A stretch of DNA of 63,957 bases, the filler included, from Trichomonas gallinae (lineage: Eukaryota), in NCBI GenBank assembly GCA_008369845.1. It is 7 parts of 7 records of this genome, joined end to end, with 100 filler letters (N's around TTAATTAATTAA, not from the genome) between each part and the next. Parts side by side here need not be neighbours in the genome. Positions count along the whole stretch, not along the records: positions 23,977 to 40,317 come from MRSU01000807.1; positions 40,418 to 44,768 come from MRSU01000809.1; positions 44,869 to 54,387 come from MRSU01000811.1; 4 more parts are not named here. One strand, written 5' to 3'. Positions 35,471 to 45,950 of this stretch are shown one piece after another. The translations under genes were made by a program, and so were the position numbers. The notes beneath the pieces are model-generated. The model ran no database searches. It saw only the letters and a list, made by a program, of their open reading frames with translations, and was not told where the DNA came from. Within the stretch, counting starts at the first letter, position 1, and every line of letters begins with the position of its first letter.

Positions 35471-35864
35471 GTTCATAATATTTATGTAAATTGAATGGAC
35501 TGTCAGAAGATTTTAATTCAAATCAAATAAGACATATCAACGCATTAGTGATTTCTTTTCATCGTGAAGCACAGACAGCCTAATATCTATAAATTTGTGA
35601 ATGCAAACACATCATTTCTTTTACTTTTATTGAATCAATAAAGACAATTATAAGGAATTTTATTACTAAACTAAATCACTAGCCATATTACTAGAAGTAT
35701 GATCTAGCTAATCGACTGATAATTCTTAGTTATGAAATAATTTTTCAAATGAAAATTTATCAATAAATAAGCCAAAAGGAATCTGTTGAATGCATTTTTA
35801 TGTTAAATATATCATATTATCAAACTAGTAATATAAGAATTTATTTCATATTTGATTCTAAAAA

Positions 35865-37364
35865 TTAATTTTTGCGAATTTCTTCTTCGAATGCGCAATA
35901 AACACCATTTGTCCATCCAAATCCATCCTGATTTGGATATTCTCCACCTCCTGTGTTGCTGCTTTCAACAACATTGTATTTTTCAAGGAGTTTGTATGTG
36001 TGTCCGTAAACATCTTTAACCATCTTAAGCCATCTGTCTCTTATTTCGTTTGCTGTTGCGAAGAAAGAATAATTAGTCATTGCTTTGTAAGTTATCCATT
36101 GTAATGGTGCCCATCCATTAGGAAAGTCCCATTGTTCACTTGTCTGGTTCAATGTAGTAACAACACCACCTTTTCTTAAGAAATCAGATTTAACTTTCTT
36201 TTCGACTAATTCTGCCTGCTTTTGATCAGCTATATTGACATAGAGTGGATAAACACCGGCAAGAGAATAAAAATCAATGATTTTCTGCTTCTTGAAATCA
36301 TAATCGAAGAAAAAGCCTTTTTCTGAATCCCACATATATTTGATGATAGCGTGCTTCCTTTTATCTGCCTGTTTACTGTAGTATTCTTCTTTCTCATTGT
36401 TTCCATTCTCTTGAAAAGCTTTTTCTAAAAGTTTTTCGAGGAAATAAAGCAGAGAATTCAAGTCTACAGGGATAATATCAGTTGTATGGATTGTGCTCAA
36501 GTTCTTTTGATCTGCAAACCATCTGGAAGAGAAATCCCAGCCTGATTCAGCGGCAGATCTTAAATCTCTATAAAGTTTTGCGGAATTTTCAGCGTTTTTG
36601 CCTAAACTATAGTCATTTCTATACATCTCTTCGCGTGGTGTATCGAATTTATCGCAGTATCTATTAAGAATCTCACCATCTTTCATTTTTACGCAGTGAT
36701 TTGACTCATTTGATCCATCTGACATCATCCAGTATTTGTATTCTTTCTCTAATTGTGGTAAAAATCTCTGTAACGCTTCTGGATCCTTTTGTGTATAGAG
36801 ATCAACCATAAAGGAAAAGAAAGGCGGTTGTGAGCGTCCTAAATAATATGTTCTGTTACCATTAGGAATAAAACCAACTTCTTCGATAAGAGAGGCAAAA
36901 CATTTCAACAAATTTTCAGCAAGTTCGTATTCTTGGTCAATCATGAGTCCGAGCATGCTGAAATAGCTGTCCCAGTAGTACACTTCGCGGAAGCGTCCAC
37001 CAGGAACGAAGTAATCGTATTTAAGCGGAATCAATGTTCCATTATTGGATTGATCTGGTTTTCTACGTAAAACTTTCCATAATTTTTTGATGTGAATCCT
37101 AATATCACTCTTATCATCAAAATCACCAGAAGCTGACTGATTAAATTCGAAATTATCTGTCAAAAATGCTTTTACAGCATCTAAGTTAGTTTTGTCAACA
37201 CTTTTATACGCATCTAGAATATCGCGAATCGGTTTTCTCGGATTTCCATCTTGAAAATCTTTTGTTTCTCTAAAGAAAGCTTCAGGACCAAATAATCTAT
37301 CATCAGCTAAGATGTCATAAAACATCTGCCCATATAATTCTTGAGGACGCTTTAGATTACTCAT
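35865..37364 (-). CDS. Alpha,alpha-trehalase (GH37), bacterial TreA/TreF-like
   Basis: VPGGRFREVYYWDSY, IPNGNRTYYLGRSQPP, PREE, AAESGWDFSSRW, QWDFPNGWAPLQW, GGGEYPNQDGFGWTNG. Confidence 0.96.
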   Translation of the reverse strand: MSNLKRPQELYGQMFYDILADDRLFGPEAFFRETKDFQDGNPRKPIRDILDAYKSVDKTNLDAVKAFLTDNFEFNQSASGDFDDKSDIRIHIKKLWKVLRRKPDQSNNGTLIPLKYDYFVPGGRFREVYYWDSYFSMLGLMIDQEYELAENLLKCFASLIEEVGFIPNGNRTYYLGRSQPPFFSFMVDLYTQKDPEALQRFLPQLEKEYKYWMMSDGSNESNHCVKMKDGEILNRYCDKFDTPREEMYRNDYSLGKNAENSAKLYRDLRSAAESGWDFSSRWFADQKNLSTIHTTDIIPVDLNSLLYFLEKLLEKAFQENGNNEKEEYYSKQADKRKHAIIKYMWDSEKGFFFDYDFKKQKIIDFYSLAGVYPLYVNIADQKQAELVEKKVKSDFLRKGGVVTTLNQTSEQWDFPNGWAPLQWITYKAMTNYSFFATANEIRDRWLKMVKDVYGHTYKLLEKYNVVESSNTGGGEYPNQDGFGWTNGVYCAFEEEIRKN

Positions 37365-37761
37365 AGATATTGATCCTCGATTAAATTTTAAAAAGTGACA
37401 AATTAAAATGCATTTTATTTCACTTTTAGTTTGATGGAATATACGCTACTATTGTATTACATATTTATACATTTTTACGATTTATCGAAATTTAATTAAA
37501 AGTGACAAAATAATTCAAAGATAACCCCTTTTTATTAATTTCACCCCCTCGATTATTTGATTTGAGAGTATATTCAAAATTCTTTAATTTAATTTAAATT
37601 CATGATTTATTATTGCTAATGTGATACATCAAAACGGTTTTTGCGGTTTCTTTCAATTGAAAATTTCCAAAATAGACATAATATTGATTAAAAATTAAAT
37701 TTACATTGATTTAATTTAACCTTATTATTTTTTGATTGTCAAATCTGCAAAAGTGACAAAA

Positions 37762-38439
37762 ATGTATTTCTTCTTAGCATTAGCTAGAGCGTCAGAACTT
37801 GATGATCTCATGGCCGAAGTTCAAGACCTTAAGAAAGAAGTCAATGAACTCTTATCGCAGTTAAAAGCACGAAACCCAACGTTTACTAACAGATTAGCGA
37901 ATGATGGACTTAAGTACATAGTAATGCATCATCACCCAATTGTTCGTACAGCACGTCAATTATCAGCACAGTATATGAACAGTGCTAAACATGGAGGCGA
38001 TACATGGTTTGTTCACAGAATTGATTACGGTGCAGCTAAACGCCTTCCTATTGATTCATATGGTCGCTGGATGGGTCAAAGATTTGTTTACGGTACAGTT
38101 AAACAACCTTATTCGAATGCTTATCCGTATGACCAATTTGGTCCTGGAAAACACCCACCAACTACGATACATCTGGATTATTTGAATGAATATGATCCAG
38201 ATGCCGAATCTGAACTTTTAGATGAAAATGAAATTATTGTTTTTCCAGACCCCGAACCTTTACCAGATCCAGAACTTCCAGAAAATCGCTACATGGATTG
38301 GTTCAGATTGAAATCACAACCTGAAGTTACATATCAAGCCCAAGGTGTAAGAGATCACGTTTCCGGTCGCTCACTTGATGCATATTCGGTAAATGAAGAA
38401 GAAAAACCAAAAAGACCAATTTGCCTTTTTAATCAATAA
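37762..38439 (+). CDS. Hypothetical secreted protein (signal peptide + short coiled coil)
   Basis: MYFFLALARA signal-like N-terminus at the ATG at 37762, preceded by AAAGTGAC. Confidence 0.75.
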   Translation: MYFFLALARASELDDLMAEVQDLKKEVNELLSQLKARNPTFTNRLANDGLKYIVMHHHPIVRTARQLSAQYMNSAKHGGDTWFVHRIDYGAAKRLPIDSYGRWMGQRFVYGTVKQPYSNAYPYDQFGPGKHPPTTIHLDYLNEYDPDAESELLDENEIIVFPDPEPLPDPELPENRYMDWFRLKSQPEVTYQAQGVRDHVSGRSLDAYSVNEEEKPKRPICLFNQ

Positions 38440-38980
38440 GAAAAAAATTCACCAGACAAAATAAGTGTTTATTATTTGCGTGTTGATTGGTATTGATAAA
38501 CACTCGCTTATAAATTTGAATTTATTTATATTGATTTCTATGGCTGCAACTATAATTTCGGGTGCATCTTAGAATGACCATAATCTCTATATAATCTCTC
38601 TGGCTGCTGATGGGATTTTTTTTATCTGATAATTTAATTGTGAAATATTCAGCGTTGATAACCAACAATTTCGAAAAATTAGGAAGGTCATGTATGAATT
38701 ATTATATGGAATTCAGACATTTTCGATCCAATTTTTATTTTGCAAATTTTTATTTTCGTTTTCCATTCATTGAATAAATATTTGACTGATCTTCTCTGAA
38801 GAGGTGGACTTGGGAAGCTACGATCACTGTTTGCTTAATTATTTCGAAAAATATTTTGATAAATTATACTAAAATTAAAGATATAACGTAAAAGTCTTTA
38901 TTGTGTTTAAGTTTTCTTATGTTTGTCCAAATTTAAAATGGATTGCAAAAAACTAATTAATTGTCAACAACAGAAATGTC

Positions 38981-39679
38981 TTAAATTTGAACATTTTCGT
39001 ATTCCTTCAGTCTTTGTTCAAGGCTAGAAATAATTGGATCAGTGAACTGATGGAAGCTGAGAACTGAATTAGAAAGATCGTTTGCAGCAGTAATGATCTG
39101 GCGAAGTGCTGCGGATCTCTTCTGGAAGAAAGCATCGAGCATTGTTGAGAATGTATCAGTAACCTTAGCTGCGTATTCCTTGTTATATTCTTCGAACTGG
39201 CTTCTTGATGATGTGGCCTGCTGGCGTAACTCAGTGGCTGTGGATCTCAACTGCTGAGCGATCTGCTCGTTCTTTGCCTGGTCAGCTGGTTTCGATTTCT
39301 GAGCTTTCTGCTCTGCAGCTGTGGCCTTGTCTTCGGCCTTTGTAGCGTTATTCTCAGCTGCTTCTGTTTCTGCCAACTTAGCCTTTTTCTCGTTGAAGCT
39401 TGTAAGATAGAAGCTGAAATCTGCTGTCAGAGAATCAACGATGCCGTGGAATTCCTCAGAAGCCTTGACGTAAGCATTGCCTGCCTGGCAAATTCCTGAG
39501 AGAGCATCCTGGAGATCTTCTGGCTGTGACTTGATGAAATGATCGAAATCTCCACCGAAAGCCAATTTGGATTGTTCGATGATCTTAGCTTCCTCGTTCC
39601 TGTTTGATGTGACGGCTCCCAAAGCATCATGGTACTCTGGGAATGTCCTGATCTTGTTAATCATAGAAGAAACTTTCAT
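38981..39679 (-). CDS. Hypothetical all-helical, BAR-like coiled-coil protein
   Basis: Ala/Glu/Lys-rich long helices, biased codon usage, upstream GTCACTTTT Inr. Confidence 0.75.
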   Translation of the reverse strand: MKVSSMINKIRTFPEYHDALGAVTSNRNEEAKIIEQSKLAFGGDFDHFIKSQPEDLQDALSGICQAGNAYVKASEEFHGIVDSLTADFSFYLTSFNEKKAKLAETEAAENNATKAEDKATAAEQKAQKSKPADQAKNEQIAQQLRSTATELRQQATSSRSQFEEYNKEYAAKVTDTFSTMLDAFFQKRSAALRQIITAANDLSNSVLSFHQFTDPIISSLEQRLKEYENVQI

Positions 39680-40317
39680 TTATTTTTCTTCTTCGATAAT
39701 GACTGATAAAAGTGACAATATTTTTTTTTATTTTAGGGGCATCAACCTATAAGTGACAAATTTTTTTTGATTCATCACATCATTATATAATGAACATTAT
39801 CCTTTTGACATTTGGATATAATATGTACTTCTCCTAATGCACCCAGTAGATTCATTCGAATAAATTTAACTCATTGTTTTGCATCTTTGCATTTCATCCA
39901 AGAGTTGACATGTAAAGCGTCATATTTTGATATGTTATGTCATAATTTTTTTTTTTTGACAAACGTCTTCAATATTCGTCTATATCAAAAAATGAAAATC
40001 CCACACTTATCAGCACATTATGCATTGATACAGGACATGATATGAGGCTTCATCTAATAGGTTTCATGTGCACATTTCCAAAAAAAAAAAAAAATTTGAG
40101 TTTGAGCAAAACACGGAAAATTTGCTCCAGGAGTTTCACAGCTTGCATATACATACATATATGAACATAGCTTTAGATGTCAAATTAAAATTTACATTGG
40201 CAAATCTTTAATGATACCATTTCTAATTGTTGAATTTAGAGGTGTACCAATGACGATAGAAATGACGTTAAAATTATAACGGTCCTAGAACTGAAGTCTT
40301 TTTGGAGCACAGAAATG

Positions 40318-40417
40318 NNNNNNNNNNNNNNNNNNNNNNNNNNNNNNNNNNNNNNNNNNNNTTAATTAATTAANNNNNNNNNNNNNNNNNNNNNNNNNNN
40401 NNNNNNNNNNNNNNNNN
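40318..40417. other. Artificial contig linker
   Basis: 44 N + TTAATTAATTAA + 44 N. Confidence 0.99.
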
Positions 40418-40487
40418 GTATTCAGAGGAATTACAAGAATTCCTGATAATTGGTTGAGTTCTGCAAATGAATTAAGGACAATAGAAT
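40418..40487 (+). repeat. 70-bp sequence identical to 44699-44768 (contig terminal direct repeat)
   Basis: GTATTCAGAGGAATTACAAGAATTCC...GGACAATAGAAT at both contig ends. Confidence 0.97.
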
Positions 40488-43400
40488 CAAGTTCAATAAA
40501 ATATATTGGAAGAAATGCATTCCAAAATGCACCAAAACTTGAGAATATTTTGATAACAACAAATACTGCAACAGATGGATATATTCAAACGTATGCATTT
40601 TACTATCTTCAAAATTTACGATATGTAACACTTGGAGGAGCTTTCAATCAAATATATGACTATTGCTTTTATGCATGCTCAAATTTAGAAAATGTTAAAA
40701 TTTTAACTTCGGAGAACCAGATGATTCTTAATCCAAACGTATTTGGAAATTGCAATCAATTAAAATATCTCACAATTGGAAGATCAATATCCTCATCAAA
40801 TTTTCCTGGTTGGGTAAATTTAGTATCAATCACTTTCAAAGGGTTATCAATGCCAATAACTATTGATGCGATATTGTTTTCAAATTGTGAAAAAATAGTC
40901 TCAATCAGCTTGGGAAATGAAATCATAACATCAGATTTTCCAGGTTGGATTAATTTAGCAACAGTTACACTTTCTGATTCATCAACACCAATATCAATTG
41001 CTACAAATATTTTTTCGAGATGTGAAAAGTTAACATCGATAAATTTAGGAAGATCAATTTCATCAACTGAATTCCCAGGATGGACAAATATCAATGAAAT
41101 TACTATAACCAACAATGATATAATAGTTCCATACTCTATTTTTTCTAATTGCAATTCATTCTTAAAGCTCAAATTTGCTTCATCTGTAAATTCAATAAGC
41201 CAAAATGCTTTTGATTCATGGGAAAAAATAGAATATGTAACATTTTTAGACTCGGCAAATCCAATAACAATTGGTTCTTCAGCATTCGAGAATTGTGAAC
41301 TCGTGAGAGAAATAACAATAGGTCGTCCAATTTCATCAAACAATTTTTCTGGATGGGCAAGTTTGCAAAAAATAATCATAACAAATAATAATTTTGCTTC
41401 ACCGGCAACTGTTTTTGATGATTGTGCTTCATATATAAATGTAGAATTTAATTCAAATGTTGCATCAATAAGCATCAATGCATTCAAATCATGGACAGCT
41501 TTGTATTACATAAATATTCCATCCACAATAACAAAATTGAATAAGAATTGTTTTGATGGTTGCCCAAATCTTATTTTAGTAACATTCTTTGATTCATCAA
41601 ATGAAGTTACGGTTGATGCGTCTTCATTTGATAATTGTGATCAATTATTAAATATTACAATAGGAAGACCAATAATATCATATGAACTCCCTGGATGGAC
41701 AAATCTAAAGAATATTAGAATTACAAACAACAATTTTGCAGCTCCATCATCTGTTTTTTCAGAATGCACTTCTTTTTTGAATGTTGAATTCGATCAGCAA
41801 GTTACATCAATTAGAGATTCTGCATTCTTGGATTGGATAACAATAGAATCAATAACAATTCCGCCAACAATATCTTTATTAAAAGGTAATTGCTTTAAAG
41901 GATGCTCAAGTCTGACAACAGTGAAATTCTCTAATACAGTGAAACCAATAAAGATTGAATCTGGTGTTTTTGCTGATTGTGGAATTTTTAGAACATTAGT
42001 TCTTGGAAGACCAATATTGACAACATCGACTTATCCAAACTGGTCAAAAATCAATAAAATAATATTAACAAGTGACAACTACACATTCCCAAATTCTGCA
42101 TTTAATGACTGTAATCCATTTCCAACAATTGAATTCGGACCTGATGTCACGATCATCAAAAAAGGACCAAAAATGCAGTGGTCCCAATTGACGACAATAG
42201 AAATCTCAGAAGGAGCAACTCCTTTGTTCATTGATACAGGTGTGTTCATAACATGCGAGAAACTGACAACACTGATAATCGGAAGACCAATATATTCATC
42301 CGATTTCCCTGGATGGACGAAGCTGAATAATGTGATCGTTACTGGAAATAGCTTCGCTGCACCATTCCCGATATTCGCGAATTGCGACATTGTACCAAAC
42401 ATAAAATTCGAATCATCAGTGACAACACTCAAATCATATGCATTCAGATACTGGGACATTCTGACATCTTTCACAATACCTGCTTCAATAACAGACATCG
42501 ACAGCGGTTGTTTCCTTGGATGCACGAACTTAGTCTCAGTGACATTCGCTGATTCATCAAAACCAATTTCGATTGAAGCGAACGCGTTCGAGAACTGTGA
42601 TAAACTGACAACAATTGCCATAGGCAGGCAAATAGACACAGATGAGTTCCCAGGATGGAAAAGTGTAAACAGACTTGTGATAACAAACGAAAATTTTGTC
42701 TGTCCAAGTCAGATATTCGATGATTGCACATCTCGAACAACAATCGAATTCACGCAGAATGTTCGAGATTTGAGGACAGACATGTTCAAGTTTTGGCGAA
42801 ACTTACAGTGGATAACAATCCCACAGTCAATCAGATTCATCAACAAGAGCTGCTTCAACAACTGCATGAATCTTGAGTCCGTCACATTCTCAGAATCGCA
42901 AAACCAGATAACAATATCAGAAAATGCATTCAGCGGATGCGACAGGTTGACAACAACAACAATTGGGAGACCAATATCATCAGATGATTTCCCTGGATGG
43001 AATAACTTGGACCAAGTCGTCATAACGACAAACTATTTCGCTTCACCATATTCTGTGTTCAATGGATGCGAGTCGTTCCCAAGCATTCAGTTCGATAAGT
43101 ATGTTACAAAGATCAGAGCGAACGCGTTCAAGTCGTGGAATGTTCGACCGATCCTCGAAGAAACGAACATCATGGAGAACATCGAGCAAATCGGAAGCTC
43201 TGCATTCAGAGGGACGAACATCAACACATTAGATCTCCTTCACTGTCAATCTCTAAAATCGATCGGTGACTATGCATTCGCTGAGATGATGAACTTGGAG
43301 AGCGTCATTCTTCCACCTGAGACATCGATTGGTGTAGGATGCTTCGCAGACTGTCCACTGCTCGCTGATGTCTCTCTCCCACCCTACTTGACGCAGATAC

Positions 43401-43966
43401 AAGACTCGACATTCGAGAACTGCGAAAAACTCAAGTCGATTCCAATCCCACCAACTGTGAACTCAATCGGGAAAAAGTCTTTTTATGGGACAGGCATAGA
43501 GTGGGTCAGAATAGGTCACATGGTAACAGTCAATCCTGAAGCATTCGCGAACTGTGAGTCACTAGACACAGTCGAGTTATTCGATTATGCTGTTATCGCG
43601 AAGAATGCATTTCAGAATTCAGACGCAATAAAGAATATCGTAATGTACGAATTCGTCTCCATCGACAGAGATGCATTCACATGTCGCCCCAAGATGACTT
43701 ACTTCGGTCAGTCGAAATCATACAGCACTAAGACACTTAATGCACTCAAGAAGATGAGGGTTGAAGTCATTGATGTTGCAGAGAACTACATCGAAGACAC
43801 ATACTGCGAGATCAATGTCAACAGAGTCCAAGTCAACTCTCCATCATGTAATGTTGAATCGAAATGTTCATCAGTACCATTCTACGATGATTACTTTAGA
43901 CAAGCACTCGCGATCAAAAAGTCACAAATCAAAATGTTTTGTCTATTGCATAAGCAAAATAGTTAA
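40418..43966 (+). CDS. BspA-like (TpLRR/LRR_5) surface protein, 5'-partial
   Basis: Many LxxIxIPxxVxxIxxxAFxxC repeats; frame open from the contig edge (VFRGITRIPDNWLSSANEL...). Confidence 0.93.
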   Translation, partial: VFRGITRIPDNWLSSANELRTIESSSIKYIGRNAFQNAPKLENILITTNTATDGYIQTYAFYYLQNLRYVTLGGAFNQIYDYCFYACSNLENVKILTSENQMILNPNVFGNCNQLKYLTIGRSISSSNFPGWVNLVSITFKGLSMPITIDAILFSNCEKIVSISLGNEIITSDFPGWINLATVTLSDSSTPISIATNIFSRCEKLTSINLGRSISSTEFPGWTNINEITITNNDIIVPYSIFSNCNSFLKLKFASSVNSISQNAFDSWEKIEYVTFLDSANPITIGSSAFENCELVREITIGRPISSNNFSGWASLQKIIITNNNFASPATVFDDCASYINVEFNSNVASISINAFKSWTALYYINIPSTITKLNKNCFDGCPNLILVTFFDSSNEVTVDASSFDNCDQLLNITIGRPIISYELPGWTNLKNIRITNNNFAAPSSVFSECTSFLNVEFDQQVTSIRDSAFLDWITIESITIPPTISLLKGNCFKGCSSLTTVKFSNTVKPIKIESGVFADCGIFRTLVLGRPILTTSTYPNWSKINKIILTSDNYTFPNSAFNDCNPFPTIEFGPDVTIIKKGPKMQWSQLTTIEISEGATPLFIDTGVFITCEKLTTLIIGRPIYSSDFPGWTKLNNVIVTGNSFAAPFPIFANCDIVPNIKFESSVTTLKSYAFRYWDILTSFTIPASITDIDSGCFLGCTNLVSVTFADSSKPISIEANAFENCDKLTTIAIGRQIDTDEFPGWKSVNRLVITNENFVCPSQIFDDCTSRTTIEFTQNVRDLRTDMFKFWRNLQWITIPQSIRFINKSCFNNCMNLESVTFSESQNQITISENAFSGCDRLTTTTIGRPISSDDFPGWNNLDQVVITTNYFASPYSVFNGCESFPSIQFDKYVTKIRANAFKSWNVRPILEETNIMENIEQIGSSAFRGTNINTLDLLHCQSLKSIGDYAFAEMMNLESVILPPETSIGVGCFADCPLLADVSLPPYLTQIQDSTFENCEKLKSIPIPPTVNSIGKKSFYGTGIEWVRIGHMVTVNPEAFANCESLDTVELFDYAVIAKNAFQNSDAIKNIVMYEFVSIDRDAFTCRPKMTYFGQSKSYSTKTLNALKKMRVEVIDVAENYIEDTYCEINVNRVQVNSPSCNVESKCSSVPFYDDYFRQALAIKKSQIKMFCLLHKQNS

Positions 43967-44557
43967 ATCAAGCTTTATGCTCTTTCATGAATTTGCTAAT
44001 TTTTACATATCAATCTGAGGTTATATGCATAATTTTCGTATTTTACAATAGAAAATATTAATAAAATTGCTAAATCATGAAAATTTAAAAAATCAAATAC
44101 CGAAATTAGATATTACTTTGAATTTGATCATCATTTTATTTTTAAATTCCTATTATATTTGAAAAGAAATCATATTATTAATTATTATTCATTTGCAAAT
44201 AAAATTTGAATCAACGGAATTTTAATTAAATTTGATTTAGTTTATTTTATTAATAATAAAATTTATGCTTGTAGTATGTTAGATTCATAATTTGGATGTT
44301 TTGATAAAATAACGAGATAAATTTCAATGAAAAATAATCGTCGATAACCCATCAATAATAAAAAGTGTATTATTATATTTGGATTCTAATATAAATAAAT
44401 TTGAAATTCAATAACTTTTCGATATTTCAGGGAAAATTACTTTTAAAACACTAAATTTCTCATTTTCTGTTTCGCGTATTTTGAAAAAGAAAAAAATAAT
44501 AACATTATATTAAGAAAGAGATCCTTAAATAATTGATGCATCAATAGGATAGTATCG

Positions 44558-44768
44558 ATGATTTATTTCCTTTTTCCTTATATTGCTAAAAGTTACTGTC
44601 AACAATGGTTAGATCAATCTCAAGGTAAATATGAATTCTTTACATGTGGTGATGATTTACCTAGTGGTCAATTTTGGGATGTTAACTATAAATATTTTGT
44701 ATTCAGAGGAATTACAAGAATTCCTGATAATTGGTTGAGTTCTGCAAATGAATTAAGGACAATAGAAT
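44558..44768 (+). CDS. N-terminus (signal peptide) of a BspA-like gene, 3'-partial
   Basis: MIYFLFPYIAKS..FVFRGITRIPDNWLSSANELRTIE overlaps the start of the 40418 frame exactly. Confidence 0.9.
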
Positions 44769-44868
44769 NNNNNNNNNNNNNNNNNNNNNNNNNNNNNNNN
44801 NNNNNNNNNNNNTTAATTAATTAANNNNNNNNNNNNNNNNNNNNNNNNNNNNNNNNNNNNNNNNNNNN
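44769..44868. other. Artificial contig linker
   Basis: 44 N + TTAATTAATTAA + 44 N. Confidence 0.99.
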
Positions 44869-44946
44869 AACCGCCACTACATCGAAGGTGGTGACTACGG
44901 CAACCGCGAGAACCTTCTTGATGCCCTCGTTGAGAGAATGATCTAA
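44869..44946 (+). CDS. RPL7: 60S ribosomal protein L7 (uL30), C-terminal fragment
   Basis: NRHYIEGGDYGNRENLLDALVERMI* matches the uL30 C-terminus (H(F/Y)xEGGDxGNRE..I..M). Highly biased codons; TAAA stop. Confidence 0.9.
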   Translation, partial: NRHYIEGGDYGNRENLLDALVERMI

Positions 44947-45165
44947 ATAAAATTCCCATATCTGTGCTAGAACGCAGGTATTAATACAATCTTCATTATT
45001 TTTCTTATTTTAACTCAAATCAATTTTGAATTTAATCAGTTAAAAAAATTAATTTTGTTTTTGAAACTAAAATACTAAATTTATTTTAATAAGAAACAAA
45101 CAATAATATATACATGAGACACGAACCGGTTATTTCTAATATATTTTGATATCAAAAGATAATTT

Positions 45166-45606
45166 CTAGTAAGGGATATAATCTGTAAGCTGGAAAAGGA
45201 AAGCATATAATAAGAAAGAGTATACCATGCCATAAGCACCAAATACGGGCCATAAAGTTAAAACTGCAATGAAAAATGATAAAACGTAAAATACAATACA
45301 GAGAATGCATTTGTATGGGTATATTGTAAACCATCTTTCAACTGGAACGACTCTAACAGGATTTTTCTTGAAAATAAGCTTGAAATAAAGATAAGAGTAT
45401 GTAATAATTGAGGCAAAGAATGTTGATATGGTAGCATATATTAAAAATGGATTGAAATATCTTTCTGCCTGATGCTTGGAATAAAAATATAACATCTGTG
45501 TATAAACAAGCAATCCAATAATCGATAAAATATCACCTACAACGCGAAGAGGTGTCCTATTGATTTTAAATGAGAAAGATCCGCTGAAAAATGAAATCTT
45601 TCCCAT
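45166..45606 (-). CDS. Four-TM membrane protein, TMEM128-like
   Basis: Four hydrophobic segments, W..IYP..and LWPVFG motif; first ATG at 45606. Confidence 0.65.
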   Translation of the reverse strand: MGKISFFSGSFSFKINRTPLRVVGDILSIIGLLVYTQMLYFYSKHQAERYFNPFLIYATISTFFASIITYSYLYFKLIFKKNPVRVVPVERWFTIYPYKCILCIVFYVLSFFIAVLTLWPVFGAYGMVYSFLLYAFLFQLTDYIPY

Positions 45607-45950
45607 CTTCAATATTTTTGACGATTTTACTTGTCAAATTTTGAATTTAACATTACAATATTCGTAACAAAAATATTTTACATGACATTTTCATCATCTA
45701 AATTATTACCCAATCTCTACCATATTGATTATGAACAAAATATGAAACATGTCTAGCGATGCTTGTTATGATAATATTCGTTTAGAGTTCCAAATTTTTT
45801 GCTCTAAACAGATATTTACTCTTCCTATATTGCAACCTAAAAAACTTATAAGATACATTAGTGAAATATATAATATTGACCATATGATGTGATGAGTGAA
45901 AAAAAAAAAAAATGTGTGATAATTACAAAATAATAACAAACAAAAATTCT

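Noticed and set aside
40276..40288. TATAACGGTCCTA resembling LSU rRNA helix 69 / I-CeuI site
   Set aside because: Only ~13 nt match and no flanking rRNA similarity
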